64,000 bases of DNA from an uncultured Chthonomonadaceae bacterium (GCA_963817895.1 CAWFQB010000003.1:128001-192000); one strand, 5' to 3'; counted from the stretch's first letter, positions 52,058-61,780 are shown. A program made the numbers and translations. Notes: a model not told the origin generated them from the letters alone.

Positions 52058-52102
52058 AAGCAGCCCTTTCGACACCGCGTATACGTCGAGAGGGCTGCTT
52101 TT
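52058..52102 (+). terminator. intrinsic terminator
   Basis: AAGCAGCCCTTTCGAC...GTCGAGAGGGCTGCTTTT. Confidence 0.7.
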
Positions 52103-52103
52103 G

Positions 52104-52271
52104 GTTTCTATTCCCTACGGGAACCTGTCGTCGTGGCTATAAGTTGCCGCTAAATCCGGCATATAAAATGCCGGTTGAGGGAAGAGGTCGGGTTGCAACC
52201 GATGCCCAGGTTGCCGTCCTGCAAGCGAGGCTGCGTTTCAATCCCCTACGGGGAAGAGGTCCGGTTGCAAC
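52104..52271 (-). CRISPR. orphan degenerate CRISPR mini-array (one intact 37-bp repeat, one 35-bp spacer, split or degenerate distal repeat)
   Basis: GTTGCAACCGGACCTCTTCCCCGTAGGGGATTGAAAC at 52235-52271; half copies at 52179-52199 and 52104-52121; AT-rich leader-like flank. Confidence 0.7.
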
Positions 52272-52557
52272 TCTGTTTCGCCTGTTTCCTGCAAGTTAGC
52301 GCTTATTGTTTGGGAACAAAAGAAACAATTAAAGAAAACAGGAAGCCGCCCGCCAGAGGAAATTTCGATTTCCCTATCCATAGGCCGATGAAGTGTGGTA
52401 TACTTCATCGGCCTCTCAAAATGGCTATGCCTTTTTTGCCGTCTACGTAGTGATACATCACTGTTGCGAGACGGCCTGAACCGTTTTCATGTATCGAACA
52501 GGGTCGCGAACCACAAGAAGGAGCGCGACGCAGGCGGATTGTATGGCCTGCATATTC

Positions 52558-52683
52558 TTGGCTGGTGGTTGGTGGTTGGTGGTTGGTGACTGGTTGATTT
52601 TGTCTGTAAGCTTCGCATTTCGATACGAACCTTTATTTGTACGAGAATTAACCAGTCACCAACCACCAACCACCAACCACCAA
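52558..52683. repeat. palindromic heptamer element (GGTGGTT)
   Basis: 33-bp perfect inverted arms upstream of rpsZ. Confidence 0.9.
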
Positions 52684-52704
52684 GCATCAACGAAGGAGTT
52701 TGTA

Positions 52705-52890
52705 TTGGCAAAACAAGCATTGATTGAAAAATGCAAGCGCAAGCCCAAGTTCGCGGTGCGCGCGTACACGCGCTGCAACGTCTGCGGGCGTCCGCGAGGC
52801 GTGTTCCGCCGCTTCGGGTTGTGCCGCATCTGTTTCCGCGAAATGTCGCACAAGGGATTAATTCCCGGCGTCACCAAGTCGAGCTGGTAA
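52705..52890 (+). CDS. rpsZ: 30S ribosomal protein S14 type Z (zinc-binding)
   Basis: TTG start with AAGGAG ribosome-binding site; RCNVCGRP...LCRICFR...GVTKSSW. Confidence 0.96.
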   Translation: MAKQALIEKCKRKPKFAVRAYTRCNVCGRPRGVFRRFGLCRICFREMSHKGLIPGVTKSSW

Positions 52891-52909
52891 AGGAAAGGAT
52901 TAACCCAAC

Positions 52910-53311
52910 ATGGCTTACACAACCGATCCTGTCGCCGACCTGCTGACCCGTATTCGCAACGCGAATCGCGCCAACCACGACGCGCTGGAAATCTCCTCTT
53001 CTAATTTGAAGATCGAAATCGTCAAAATCCTGACCGCCGAAGGCTTTATCAAGGGTTACGATGTTATCAAGCAGGTTCCCCAGGACAAAATTAAAATCAC
53101 GCTTAAGTACGGCTCCAAGCGCGAGAAGGTGATTACCCAATTGAAGCGCATCAGCAAGCCCGGCCTGCGCGTGTACTGCAACAAGGACAATGTGCCTCGC
53201 GTTCTGCGCGGTTTGGGCATTGCCGTCCTGTCCACGTCGCACGGCGTGATGACCGACCGCGAAGCCCGCAGGCGCGGCGTCGGCGGCGAAGTTCTTTGCT
53301 ATGTGTATTAA
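52910..53311 (+). CDS. rpsH: 30S ribosomal protein S8
   Basis: [22 protein letters not shown] and GGEVL motifs. Confidence 0.97.
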   Translation: MAYTTDPVADLLTRIRNANRANHDALEISSSNLKIEIVKILTAEGFIKGYDVIKQVPQDKIKITLKYGSKREKVITQLKRISKPGLRVYCNKDNVPRVLRGLGIAVLSTSHGVMTDREARRRGVGGEVLCYVY

Positions 53312-53314
53312 GGA

Positions 53315-53444
53315 GGTAGACGGTAGACGGTAGACGGTAGACGGTAGAAAAAACTTCTTTGCTGCGCGCTGTTCTGTTTTGTAGCAAGCATGATTTCAGA
53401 GTGAGGCCTTTCTACCGTCTACCGTCTACCGTCTACCGTCTACC
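53315..53444. repeat. palindromic heptamer element (GGTAGAC/GTCTACC)
   Basis: 36-bp perfect inverted arms at 53315-53350 and 53409-53444. Confidence 0.92.
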
Positions 53445-53456
53445 CGGAGAGCATCC

Positions 53457-54032
53457 ATGTCTCGAATTGGAAAACGTCCCATTCCCGTGCCGGCTGGCGT
53501 GGCGATTACGCCAACCCCGGATGGGCTGGTAACAATTAAAGGCCCGAAAGGGACGCTGACGCGACAGTTCAGCCCCGACATTACCCTGCGCCAGGAAGAC
53601 GGCACTCTGCACGTTGAGCGGCCCACAGACGGCAAAGAGCATCGCGCTTTGCACGGTCTGACCCGCACTCTCGTTGCCAACATGATCGAAGGCGTCACCA
53701 CAGGCTACACCCGCCAGTTGGAAGTGCAGGGCGTCGGTTTCCGCGCCGCAGTCAATGGAGCGATTTTGACGCTCAACGTTGGCTTCTCCCACTCCATTGA
53801 AGTGCTGCCCCGCGAGGGCATTGCGTTCGCCGTCGCCAACGACCCGCAATCCCGTAACCCGGTCATCACAATTACGGGCATTGACAAAGAGCGCGTCGGC
53901 CAGACGGCTGCCGAAATCCGCAAACTTCGCAAACCCGAACCCTACAAGGGCAAAGGCATCCGCTACAAAGGCGAAGCCGTGCGCCGCAAACAGGGCAAGG
54001 CCAGCGGCAAGGGCGGCAAGGGTAAGAAGTAG
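53457..54032 (+). CDS. rplF: 50S ribosomal protein L6
   Basis: MSRIGK and PEPYKGKGIRY motifs. Confidence 0.97.
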   Translation: MSRIGKRPIPVPAGVAITPTPDGLVTIKGPKGTLTRQFSPDITLRQEDGTLHVERPTDGKEHRALHGLTRTLVANMIEGVTTGYTRQLEVQGVGFRAAVNGAILTLNVGFSHSIEVLPREGIAFAVANDPQSRNPVITITGIDKERVGQTAAEIRKLRKPEPYKGKGIRYKGEAVRRKQGKASGKGGKGKK

Positions 54033-54120
54033 ATACGAGATACAAGATAAGAGATACGAGGAAAAGCTGTATTCGATAGGCGCATTGCCCTCGTATCTCA
54101 TATCTCTTATCTTGTATCTC
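54031..54120. repeat. palindromic heptamer element (AGATACG)
   Basis: Inverted arms with mirrored variant units. Confidence 0.9.
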
Positions 54121-54146
54121 CTGAGCCAGAGGAAAACACAACCATT

Positions 54147-54512
54147 ATGAAACCTGATGAAAAGGAAGCGCTGCGGCGCAAGCGCCACAAGCGCCTGCGT
54201 TACAAAGTGGCCGGAACCGCCGAACGGCCCCGCCTCAATGTATCGCGCAGTCTACAGCATATCTATGCGCAGTTGATTGATGATGTCACCGGAACCACGC
54301 TTGCGACTGCTTCCACCGTAGATGCCGGTTTGCGCGTGTCCCTGAAGACCGGCGGGAATGTGGAAGCCGCGAAAGCCGTCGGCGCGCTGATCGCCGAACG
54401 CGCGCTGGCAAAAGGCGTCAATGCTGTCGTGTTTGATCGCGGCGGCTACAAATATCATGGCCGCGTCCAGGCGCTCGCGGACAGCGCGCGTGAAGGCGGA
54501 CTAAAATTCTAG
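54147..54512 (+). CDS. rplR: 50S ribosomal protein L18
   Basis: RPRL, HIYAQ and [12 protein letters not shown] motifs. Confidence 0.97.
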   Translation: MKPDEKEALRRKRHKRLRYKVAGTAERPRLNVSRSLQHIYAQLIDDVTGTTLATASTVDAGLRVSLKTGGNVEAAKAVGALIAERALAKGVNAVVFDRGGYKYHGRVQALADSAREGGLKF

Positions 54513-54642
54513 GTAGATGAGTAGATGGGTAGTCGGTAGATAGGTAGAAAAGCCTGCTACATACAATGCCTCTTGTTAAGATGAAAGATGTAGAGTAGAG
54601 AAACTCTACCCATCTACCTGACTACCTATCTACTCATCTACC
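54512..54642. repeat. palindromic octamer element (GGTAGATR)
   Basis: Inverted arms with a mirrored GTAGTC variant. Confidence 0.9.
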
Positions 54643-54659
54643 TTCTAAAGGAGTTTCCA

Positions 54660-55199
54660 TTGGCAAGAATCAATCCTGATAAACTGGGCGATCTGGAAGA
54701 GCGCGTGGTACGCACCAACAAATGCCAGAAAACCACCAAGGGTGGCCGCAATATGAGCTGGAGCGCTCTGGTCATTGTAGGCGACCGCAACGGTCACGTC
54801 GGCGCGGGTCTGGGCAAAGCGCGCGCTATTCCCGACGCGATCCGCAAGGGCGTGGAAGCGGCGAAAAAGAACATCATCGAAATTCCGACGATTGGCGGCA
54901 CGTTGCCGCACGAAATTTTCGAGACCGAAGGCGCGGCGGAAGTGATGCTTCGTCCGGCTTCGCCGGGAACCGGAATCGTGGCGGGCAGTTCCATGCGAAC
55001 CATTCTGGAACTGGGCGGCATCCATGATGTGCTTGGCAAATCGCTCGGCTCTTCCAACGCGACCAACATCTGCTGGGCCACCATGTCCGCGCTGAAGAAA
55101 CTGAAGCGCGTGGAAGACGTGGCGCGGCTGCGCTCGACTACTGTAGAAGCCTTGATGCCCTGGATTCACAAGGCGGAAGGGAACAACCATGTCGGCTAA
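54660..55199 (+). CDS. rpsE: 30S ribosomal protein S5
   Basis: [12 protein letters not shown] and [11 protein letters not shown] motifs; TTG start. Confidence 0.96.
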   Translation: MARINPDKLGDLEERVVRTNKCQKTTKGGRNMSWSALVIVGDRNGHVGAGLGKARAIPDAIRKGVEAAKKNIIEIPTIGGTLPHEIFETEGAAEVMLRPASPGTGIVAGSSMRTILELGGIHDVLGKSLGSSNATNICWATMSALKKLKRVEDVARLRSTTVEALMPWIHKAEGNNHVG

Positions 55200-55380
55200 A
55201 TTGAAAATCACGCTCAAGCGCAGCCCCATCGGCTACAACAAAGATCAGGGCGCGACGGTCAAAGGGCTTGGCCTGAAGAAAATCAACCAGACTGTTGAAC
55301 AGGACGACAACGCCGTGATTCGCGGCATGGTCCACAAAGTTCAGCATCTGCTTGAAGTGGAATACGTCGCAAGCAACTAA
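55189..55380 (+). CDS. rpmD: 50S ribosomal protein L30
   Basis: [15 protein letters not shown] and RGMV.KV.HL motifs. Confidence 0.96.
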   Translation: MSAKLKITLKRSPIGYNKDQGATVKGLGLKKINQTVEQDDNAVIRGMVHKVQHLLEVEYVASN

Positions 55381-55407
55381 CCATTTTCACCTATTTTCTG
55401 AAACCGT

Positions 55408-55436
55408 TTGCGGATTAGCTTCGTTTTAGGTATACT
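55408..55436 (+). promoter_or_regulatory. internal sigma70 promoter upstream of rplO-secY
   Basis: TTGCGG-N17-TATACT. Confidence 0.55.
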
Positions 55437-55501
55437 TAGTCCTAATGCTGATCCGCAGGCATTTTCTTTTCTCTTTTACGGAAGAGACGCAGGAATCTAT
55501 T

Positions 55502-55966
55502 ATGCCTATCGGATTGCATACATTGAAACCCGCCGAAGGCTCCACGCACCGCCGCAAGCGCATCGGGCGCGGCATCGGTTCGGGACACGGCAAAACGTCC
55601 ACGCGCGGACACAAGGGAAACAAGGCGCGCGGACAGATCAATCCCAACTTTGAAGGCGGCCAGACACCGCTGCACCGCCGTCTGCCACAATTGCGCGGCT
55701 TCAAGCCCGTCAACAAGAAAGAGTACGCTCTTATCAATGTGGACGCGCTTCAGGAGCAGTTCGAGGACGGCGCGGAAGTGACGCCCGACATCCTGCTGGC
55801 GCGGGGAATTTTGCGCGACATTTACGACGGGCTGAAGATTCTGGGCAACGGCGAAGTGTCCCGAAAACTCACCGTCCGCGCGCACAAGTTCAGCCAATCC
55901 GCGCAGGATAAAATTACGGCGGCAGGCGGCACTGTGGTTGTTCTGGCGACTGAGAGGAAAAAGTAA
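55502..55966 (+). CDS. rplO: 50S ribosomal protein L15
   Basis: RIGRGIGSGHGKT and FEGGQTPL motifs. Confidence 0.97.
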   Translation: MPIGLHTLKPAEGSTHRRKRIGRGIGSGHGKTSTRGHKGNKARGQINPNFEGGQTPLHRRLPQLRGFKPVNKKEYALINVDALQEQFEDGAEVTPDILLARGILRDIYDGLKILGNGEVSRKLTVRAHKFSQSAQDKITAAGGTVVVLATERKK

Positions 55967-55970
55967 GACC

Positions 55971-57287
55971 ATGTTACAGGCAATGCAGCGGGCGCTGGCG
56001 ATCCCGGAACTGAAACGTCGCATTCTATTCGTGTTGGGGATGCTGGCGCTGTTCGCGCTGGGAGCGCATATTCCCGCGCCCGGTATTCGCGACCCGGAGA
56101 AACTGGCGAGACTGCTGCAGGCCAACTCGAACAACCTGATTGGGCTGATTGACGTATTTTCGGGCGGCGCTCTGAAGCGCATGTCTGTCTTCGCGCTGGG
56201 ATTGCAGCCCTACATCAACAGTTCGATCATCATGCAGATGATGACCATTGCCATTCCGCAACTGGACGCCATGCAAAAAGAGGGCAAATCCGGGCGCAAG
56301 CAGATTGCGAAGATTACGCGCAACGTAACCGTCGTGCTGGCAATCGTACAGGCGTTCGGCCTGACGATTCTGTTCACGCGCCTGGGACATCCTTTCTCCC
56401 TCGGTGATCGTTTGATACTCGTGACCTCGCTGGTGGCGGGCGCGAGTTTCCTGCTGTGGCTGGGCGAACAGGTGACGCAGAAGGGCGTCGGAAACGGCAT
56501 TTCACTGCTGATTTTCGCGGGCATTCTGCTTAGTTTGCGCGGGCAGGCCAATCTGGTAATTGCTCAAATCACGTCACACAACGTTCCTTGGTTCAACCTG
56601 ATTTTCCTGTTCGCCGCCTTTTTCTTCACGGTATTGGCGGTTGTGTATGTGACGCAGGGGATACGGCGCGTTCCCATCCACCATACCAAGCGGGTCATCG
56701 GGATGCGGGCGTCGCAAACCGGCACTTCGTACCTGCCTATCAAGGTGAACTCGGCGGGCGTTATCCCGATCATTTTCGCGATTTCGCTGATGCTGTTCCC
56801 GGCCACGCTGGTCAACCTGCTGCCCGGCACGGCGGGCGATCCGGGCTTTTACGGGTCGCTGAAAGTGTGGATGCAGAACCTGAGTCCGGGGCAGACGTGG
56901 TACGCGACGGCTTTGTACGCGCTGCTGGTCATCGTGTTCACCTATTTCTACACGGCCATCGTGATGAACGTGCAGGAGATGGCGGACAATCTCAAAAAGT
57001 ACGGCAACTACATTCCGGGCATCCGTCCGGGTACGCCGACCTACGAGTATCTGGACAAAGTGATTTCGCGCATCACCCTTGCGGGAGCCGTCTTCCTCGC
57101 CCTGATCGCGTTGACGCAGTACATCATTCCAAGCGTGACCAAGTTCACCAGCGTAACGCTTGTGGGCGGAACGTCGCTGCTGATTATTGTCGGCGTGGCG
57201 ATTGAAACCATGCAGGCCATCGAAGCGCAACTGCTGATGCGCAACTACGAAGGCTTCATCAAGACAAAGGCGGAAGAGCAGTCGTAA
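55971..57287 (+). CDS. secY: preprotein translocase subunit SecY
   Basis: FALGLQPYI, GNGISLLIF, IPGIRPG and GGTSLLI motifs. Confidence 0.97.
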   Translation: MLQAMQRALAIPELKRRILFVLGMLALFALGAHIPAPGIRDPEKLARLLQANSNNLIGLIDVFSGGALKRMSVFALGLQPYINSSIIMQMMTIAIPQLDAMQKEGKSGRKQIAKITRNVTVVLAIVQAFGLTILFTRLGHPFSLGDRLILVTSLVAGASFLLWLGEQVTQKGVGNGISLLIFAGILLSLRGQANLVIAQITSHNVPWFNLIFLFAAFFFTVLAVVYVTQGIRRVPIHHTKRVIGMRASQTGTSYLPIKVNSAGVIPIIFAISLMLFPATLVNLLPGTAGDPGFYGSLKVWMQNLSPGQTWYATALYALLVIVFTYFYTAIVMNVQEMADNLKKYGNYIPGIRPGTPTYEYLDKVISRITLAGAVFLALIALTQYIIPSVTKFTSVTLVGGTSLLIIVGVAIETMQAIEAQLLMRNYEGFIKTKAEEQS

Positions 57288-57289
57288 CA

Positions 57290-57410
57290 GGGAAAAAGGA
57301 GTAAAGAAAAAAGGAGAAAGCCTTCGCTATGATGCTGGCATCTTGGTTGGGAGAGAATATGCGTCCGTTTCAACAGGCTGGCTTTTTCCTTTTTCCTTTT
57401 TCCTTTTTTC
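57290..57410. repeat. palindromic heptamer element (GGAAAAA/TTTTTCC)
   Basis: Purine arm after the secY stop, pyrimidine arm before adk. Confidence 0.75.
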
Positions 57411-57438
57411 TGCGGCGAAGCGATAGAGGCTCAGGCGC

Positions 57439-58095
57439 ATGATCGTGATACTGCTCGGACCGCCGGGGGTAGGCAAAGGCACGCAGGGTGGGCGGATTTC
57501 CGTTCACTACAGTGTGCCTACCATTTCTACGGGAGCCATGTTCCGCGATGCCGTTGCGCGGGGTACGGAACTGGGGCGCATCATTCAGCGGTATAAGATT
57601 GAGAAGGGCGAATACGTCCCGGATGATGTGGTGATACAGGCGGTCAAGGCGCGTACCGAAGAACCGGACTGCGCGGCGGGATTTCTGCTCGATGGCTTTC
57701 CGCGCACCATTCCACAGGCCGAAGCGCTGGAAACGATGCTGGCGACGCAGGAGCGCAGGCTGAACTGCGTTCTGGATTTTGAAGCGCCGATTGCCGATAT
57801 TGTGGGCCGGTTCAGCGGGCGGCGCGTGTGTCCGCGCGACGGCTCCACGTACCATATCGAATCGCAGCCTCCCCTCATTGCGGGATTGTGCGATTTGTGC
57901 GGGACGCCGCTGGAACGCCGTCCGGATGATGACCCGGATGTGGTGCAGCGCCGTCTGGAAGTTTATGCCGAAAAAACCGCGCCTTTAGTGACCTACTATC
58001 GCGAACGCAACATGCTGTACACTATAGATGCGGACGCCGCGCCGGAAACCGTATTCAGCGCGGTTGTCGCCATCTTGAACAAGCAGCGTAAATAG
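57439..58095 (+). CDS. adk: adenylate kinase
   Basis: GPPGVGKGTQ and LLDGFPR motifs, lid region. Confidence 0.96.
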   Translation: MIVILLGPPGVGKGTQGGRISVHYSVPTISTGAMFRDAVARGTELGRIIQRYKIEKGEYVPDDVVIQAVKARTEEPDCAAGFLLDGFPRTIPQAEALETMLATQERRLNCVLDFEAPIADIVGRFSGRRVCPRDGSTYHIESQPPLIAGLCDLCGTPLERRPDDDPDVVQRRLEVYAEKTAPLVTYYRERNMLYTIDADAAPETVFSAVVAILNKQRK

Positions 58096-58113
58096 TTTTT
58101 GGAAACCAGTAAC

Positions 58114-58878
58114 ATGACTACTATTTTGAAGTCGCCGCAACAAATAGCCAAAATGCGGGCTGCAGGGCGCGTGGTACGAAAAGTGCTGAATGAAACCGGC
58201 GCGGCGGCAGTTCCCGGCATTACAACGGGCGAACTGGAAGATATGGCCGCACGTATCATTTCAGAGCATGGCGGCACATCGCCATTTTTGGGATACGCGC
58301 CCGGAGCGCATCCGCCCTTTCCCGCCTGGACGTGCATCTCAGTCAATGAAGAGGTGGTGCATGGCGTACCGGGACGGCGCGTATTGAAAGAGGGCGATAT
58401 TGTCACGATTGACTGCGGCGTAGAACTGGATGGCTGGATGGCGGACAGCGCGTGGACGTTTGGGGTGGGTAAAATTTCGCCGCAGGCCGAACGTTTGCTG
58501 AAGGTGACGGAAGAGGCGCTGTATAAAGGGATTGAAAAAGCGCGCAAAGGCAACCGCACAGGCGATATTGGTTACGCGGTGCAGAAGTACGCGGAAACGC
58601 ACGGTTTTTCAGTCGTGCGGGAACTGACCGGACACGGGGTAGGCACGGAACTACATGAAGAGCTTCAAGTGCCAAATCACGGATCGCGTGGGCGCGGCGA
58701 CTTGTTGCGCAGCGGAATGACGTTTGCTATCGAACCGATGCTCAATGCCGGCAAGCAGGACATCAAGTACCATGACGATGGCTGGACCATCGTGACCGCG
58801 GACGGCAAATTGTCCGCGCATTTCGAACACACGGTCGCCATCGTGGATGGTGGCGTCCAAATTCTTACGAAGGAATAG
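58114..58878 (+). CDS. map: methionine aminopeptidase type I
   Basis: SVNEEVVHG, DSA.T, GHGVG, AIEPM and SAHFEHT motifs. Confidence 0.96.
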   Translation: MTTILKSPQQIAKMRAAGRVVRKVLNETGAAAVPGITTGELEDMAARIISEHGGTSPFLGYAPGAHPPFPAWTCISVNEEVVHGVPGRRVLKEGDIVTIDCGVELDGWMADSAWTFGVGKISPQAERLLKVTEEALYKGIEKARKGNRTGDIGYAVQKYAETHGFSVVRELTGHGVGTELHEELQVPNHGSRGRGDLLRSGMTFAIEPMLNAGKQDIKYHDDGWTIVTADGKLSAHFEHTVAIVDGGVQILTKE

Positions 58879-58977
58879 GTATTCGGTGTTCGGTGTTCGG
58901 TGTTCGGTGTTCGGAAATGCTCACTAATAGAAGTATCCTCCGAATACCCAATACCGAACGCCGAATACCGAATACCT
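58878..58977. repeat. palindromic heptamer element (GGTGTTC/GAATACC)
   Basis: Inverted arms between map and infA, pairing with G-U on the plus-strand RNA. Confidence 0.9.
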
Positions 58978-58990
58978 ACACGGAGACTGA

Positions 58991-59374
58991 ATGCCACCAC
59001 CCAAAAGACCAACAGGACCCGCGCGACCCGGCGGCGCGAGTGGGAGCGGACCACAGCGACGCGGGTCGGGCGGCCCATCACGAGGCGGCGGAGGCGGCGG
59101 AGGCGGCGGGCCACGCAAACCACCGCCAACGACGGAAGACAACGGCGGCAAAGAACCCGGCATCGAAGTGGAGGGCTTGATTGTGGAAGCCCTTCCGAAC
59201 GCGATGTTTCGCGTGGAAATCCCTGTCGGCGAGCAGAAGAAAGTTGTGCTTGCGCACGTTTCCGGCAAAATGCGGCAAAACTACATCCGTATTCTGCCCG
59301 GGGATCGCGTGTTGGTAGAACTTTCCCCGTATGACCTTGAGCGTGGGCGTATCCGCTATCGCTACAAAGCATAA
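58991..59374 (+). CDS. infA: translation initiation factor IF-1 with long Gly/Pro/Arg N-terminal extension
   Basis: IEVEG...LPNAMFRV...[30 protein letters not shown] ribosome-binding site before ATG 58991. Confidence 0.93.
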   Translation: MPPPKRPTGPARPGGASGSGPQRRGSGGPSRGGGGGGGGGPRKPPPTTEDNGGKEPGIEVEGLIVEALPNAMFRVEIPVGEQKKVVLAHVSGKMRQNYIRILPGDRVLVELSPYDLERGRIRYRYKA

Positions 59375-59384
59375 TGCTTCTCGC

Positions 59385-59546
59385 GTAGGGGTTCTGCTTG
59401 CTGAACCCTCCTGAAAAGGGCGCGAGCGCTTATGGAAGGGGCAGCAACCCGCCATTTAGAGCGCGGCAATCTGCCCTGTTGACGTGGTAAGCGCTCATAA
59501 AGGGGCGGCAAACGCTCATAGAGGGCGCGGCAAGCAGCGCCCCTAC
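59385..59546. repeat. inverted pair of GTAG REP-like units with internal direct repeats (BIME-like)
   Basis: GTAGGGGTTCTGCTTGCTGAACCC ... GGGCGCGGCAAGCAGCGCCCCTAC. Confidence 0.75.
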
Positions 59547-59862
59547 ATGAACCTTTCCCTGAACACGGGATCAATCGGCAGATAATCGCTGGGAAGTGGA
59601 AGAAAAACCTCTTTTCCTCTTCCGAAACTGTTCAATAGCATACTAACGATTCCTGTGGAAATGGACAGTTGCACCCGGTCGGAAGGTCGGGTGAGGATTG
59701 AAACTACGTTTCGGCAAAATATAGGGTATACTGTAGCGCACTGTCTGGAAACGCTTTTGTTTGCCGGACGGGGTTTGTTGTGTCTGTCAGGCAAACTCAG
59801 GCGGCTGCGACAGTATTGCGCTTTCAAGTTGTGAAAGCGCAGGACAGAACGGAGGGTTTCTC

Positions 59863-59976
59863 ATGAAAGTCCGCGCGTCCGTAAAGAAAATTTGCGAGAA
59901 GTGCAAAGTCATCAAACGCGAAGGCGTTGTGCGCGTCATCTGCGTCAACCCCAAGCATAAGCAGAGGCAAGGTTAG
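59863..59976 (+). CDS. rpmJ: 50S ribosomal protein L36
   Basis: [14 protein letters not shown]...PKHKQRQG. Confidence 0.97.
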   Translation: MKVRASVKKICEKCKVIKREGVVRVICVNPKHKQRQG

Positions 59977-60051
59977 GAAAAAGGGAAAAGGGAAAAGGGA
60001 AAAGTAGCATTGCAGTTACTTTCTTCTTTCGCCTTTCTCCTTTCTCCTCCT
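59976..60051. repeat. palindromic heptamer element (GGGAAAA/TTTCTCC)
   Basis: Arms fill the rpmJ-rpsM spacer. Confidence 0.75.
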
Positions 60052-60066
60052 CACAGGGAGGGTAGT

Positions 60067-60444
60067 TTGGCACGTATTGCTGGCGTGGACCTGCCACGCG
60101 ACAAACGCATCGAGTATGCGCTTACCTACATCTACGGCATCGGCCTGACCAGCGCCCAGAAGATCGTAGCGCGGGCGGGCATCAACCCGGTCACGCGGGT
60201 ACGCGATCTGACGGAAGGCGAAACCAACAAGGTCCGCGAAATCCTTGAAAAAGACTTTCGAGTTGAGGGTGATTTGCGGCGCGAGTTTCAGTTGAGCATC
60301 CGCCGTCTGATTGAAATTGGCTGCTATCGCGGTCTGCGCCATCGGCGCGGCCTGCCGGTACGCGGTCAGCGCACCAAAACTAACGCTCGATTCCGCAAAG
60401 GGCCGAAGCGCGCGGTTGCCGGTAAGAAGAAACCGAAGAAGTAG
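60067..60444 (+). CDS. rpsM: 30S ribosomal protein S13
   Basis: TTG start; ARIAGVDLP and [21 protein letters not shown] motifs. Confidence 0.97.
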   Translation: MARIAGVDLPRDKRIEYALTYIYGIGLTSAQKIVARAGINPVTRVRDLTEGETNKVREILEKDFRVEGDLRREFQLSIRRLIEIGCYRGLRHRRGLPVRGQRTKTNARFRKGPKRAVAGKKKPKK

Positions 60445-60455
60445 GAGAGAATCGC

Positions 60456-60863
60456 ATGGCGAACAAACAAACGACGAAGGGCGCAGGCAAACCCAAGTCG
60501 AAAGAGAAAAAGAACGTGGTGGCCGGGATTGTGCATATCCAATCCACATTCAACAACACTCTGGTTACAATTACCGATATGCAGGGCGCAACCCTTTCGT
60601 GGGCCAGTGCGGGCAGCGTCGGAATGTTCAAAGGCACACGCAAAGGCACACCCTTCGCCGCGCAGATCGCTTCCGAGCGCGCGTCCCGCGCCGCAATGGA
60701 GCATGGCCTGCGTCGCGTGGAAGTGTATGTCAAGGGACCGGGCGCGGGTCGTGAAACGGCCATTCGTGCGCTGCAAACTGTCGGTTTGGAAGTCAGTCTC
60801 ATCAAGGACGTGACGCCCATTCCACACAACGGCTGCCGCCCGCCCAAGCGCCGCCGCGTATAA
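60456..60863 (+). CDS. rpsK: 30S ribosomal protein S11
   Basis: STFNNT, TPFAAQ and [18 protein letters not shown] motifs. Confidence 0.97.
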   Translation: MANKQTTKGAGKPKSKEKKNVVAGIVHIQSTFNNTLVTITDMQGATLSWASAGSVGMFKGTRKGTPFAAQIASERASRAAMEHGLRRVEVYVKGPGAGRETAIRALQTVGLEVSLIKDVTPIPHNGCRPPKRRRV

Positions 60864-61094
60864 ACACTAATTTACGGTTATCAATTATCAATGTGATGTG
60901 CGGGTGGAGGAAGCGCAGGCTCTATTCAGCCTCGTGTAAACACCCAGGAGAGAACTGATAGTCGGATGAACGCGGATTCAGAGAAGAGGAAGAACGGCTT
61001 TGCCCTTCATCCCTCATCCTTCATCCTTCATCCTTTTCTCCTGCTGTCACTTGGTGGCAACTGTCAACAGACCACAAGGAGCATCTGGTTCGTT

Positions 61095-61766
61095 ATGGCT
61101 AATAATCATGATCCCCGGTGTCGCCAGTGTCGTCGCGAGGGATTAAAACTGTACCTCAAAGGCGACAAGTGCTTCACCCACTGTACGCTCGATAAGCAAA
61201 GCAGGGACGGCAAAACCAAATGGCGCGATAAGCCGCCGGGAATGCACGGCGCCCCTGCCTTTTCACGGAAAATCACGGAATACGGGCAGCAGTTGCGCGA
61301 AAAGCAGAAATTACGCCGCGTGTACCGCGTTCTGGAAAAACAATTTCACAACTATCTTGACGAAGCCCTGCGCCTGCCGGGAGTTACGGGTGAGAACCTG
61401 TTGCGCCTGCTGGAATCGCGCTTCGACAATGTGGTATATCGTCTGGGTTTTGCGGCCAGCCGGGCGCAGGGCCGCCAGATGATCTCGCACCGTCTTTTCA
61501 CTATTAACGGTCAGCGCGTCAACATTCCTTCGTATATTTTGAAGCCGGGTGATGTTGTAGGCGTTCACGAAAGCGCAACGAAGAGCGGCGGTATCCGCGA
61601 AGCCCGCGACCGCGTGATGAAGCGCAGCCTTCCCATCTGGCTTCAGTTCAATACGAATGCGATGGAGGGCCGCGTCGTGGCAATTCCTACGCTCAACGAG
61701 ATGAAAGAAGCCGGCGACATCGCCCACATTCGCGAACAGCTTATCATTGAGTTCTATTCGCGGTAG
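61095..61766 (+). CDS. rpsD: 30S ribosomal protein S4
   Basis: CRQCRREG, QLREKQK, LESRFDNVVYRLG and LIIEFYSR motifs. Confidence 0.96.
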   Translation: MANNHDPRCRQCRREGLKLYLKGDKCFTHCTLDKQSRDGKTKWRDKPPGMHGAPAFSRKITEYGQQLREKQKLRRVYRVLEKQFHNYLDEALRLPGVTGENLLRLLESRFDNVVYRLGFAASRAQGRQMISHRLFTINGQRVNIPSYILKPGDVVGVHESATKSGGIREARDRVMKRSLPIWLQFNTNAMEGRVVAIPTLNEMKEAGDIAHIREQLIIEFYSR

Positions 61767-61780
61767 TAGAGGAGAGAAAT

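Noticed and set aside
52489..52704. N-terminal extension of S14 in the ORF track (similar extensions for rpsM, rpsD, rplO and the 29120 anti-sigma)
   Set aside because: The extensions are translations of repeat elements or leaders; downstream starts with ribosome-binding sites give normal lengths.
53315..53444. Heptamer arrays as CRISPR repeats or plain terminators
   Set aside because: There is no repeat-spacer periodicity, and the stems lack U-tracts and lie inside a co-transcribed operon.
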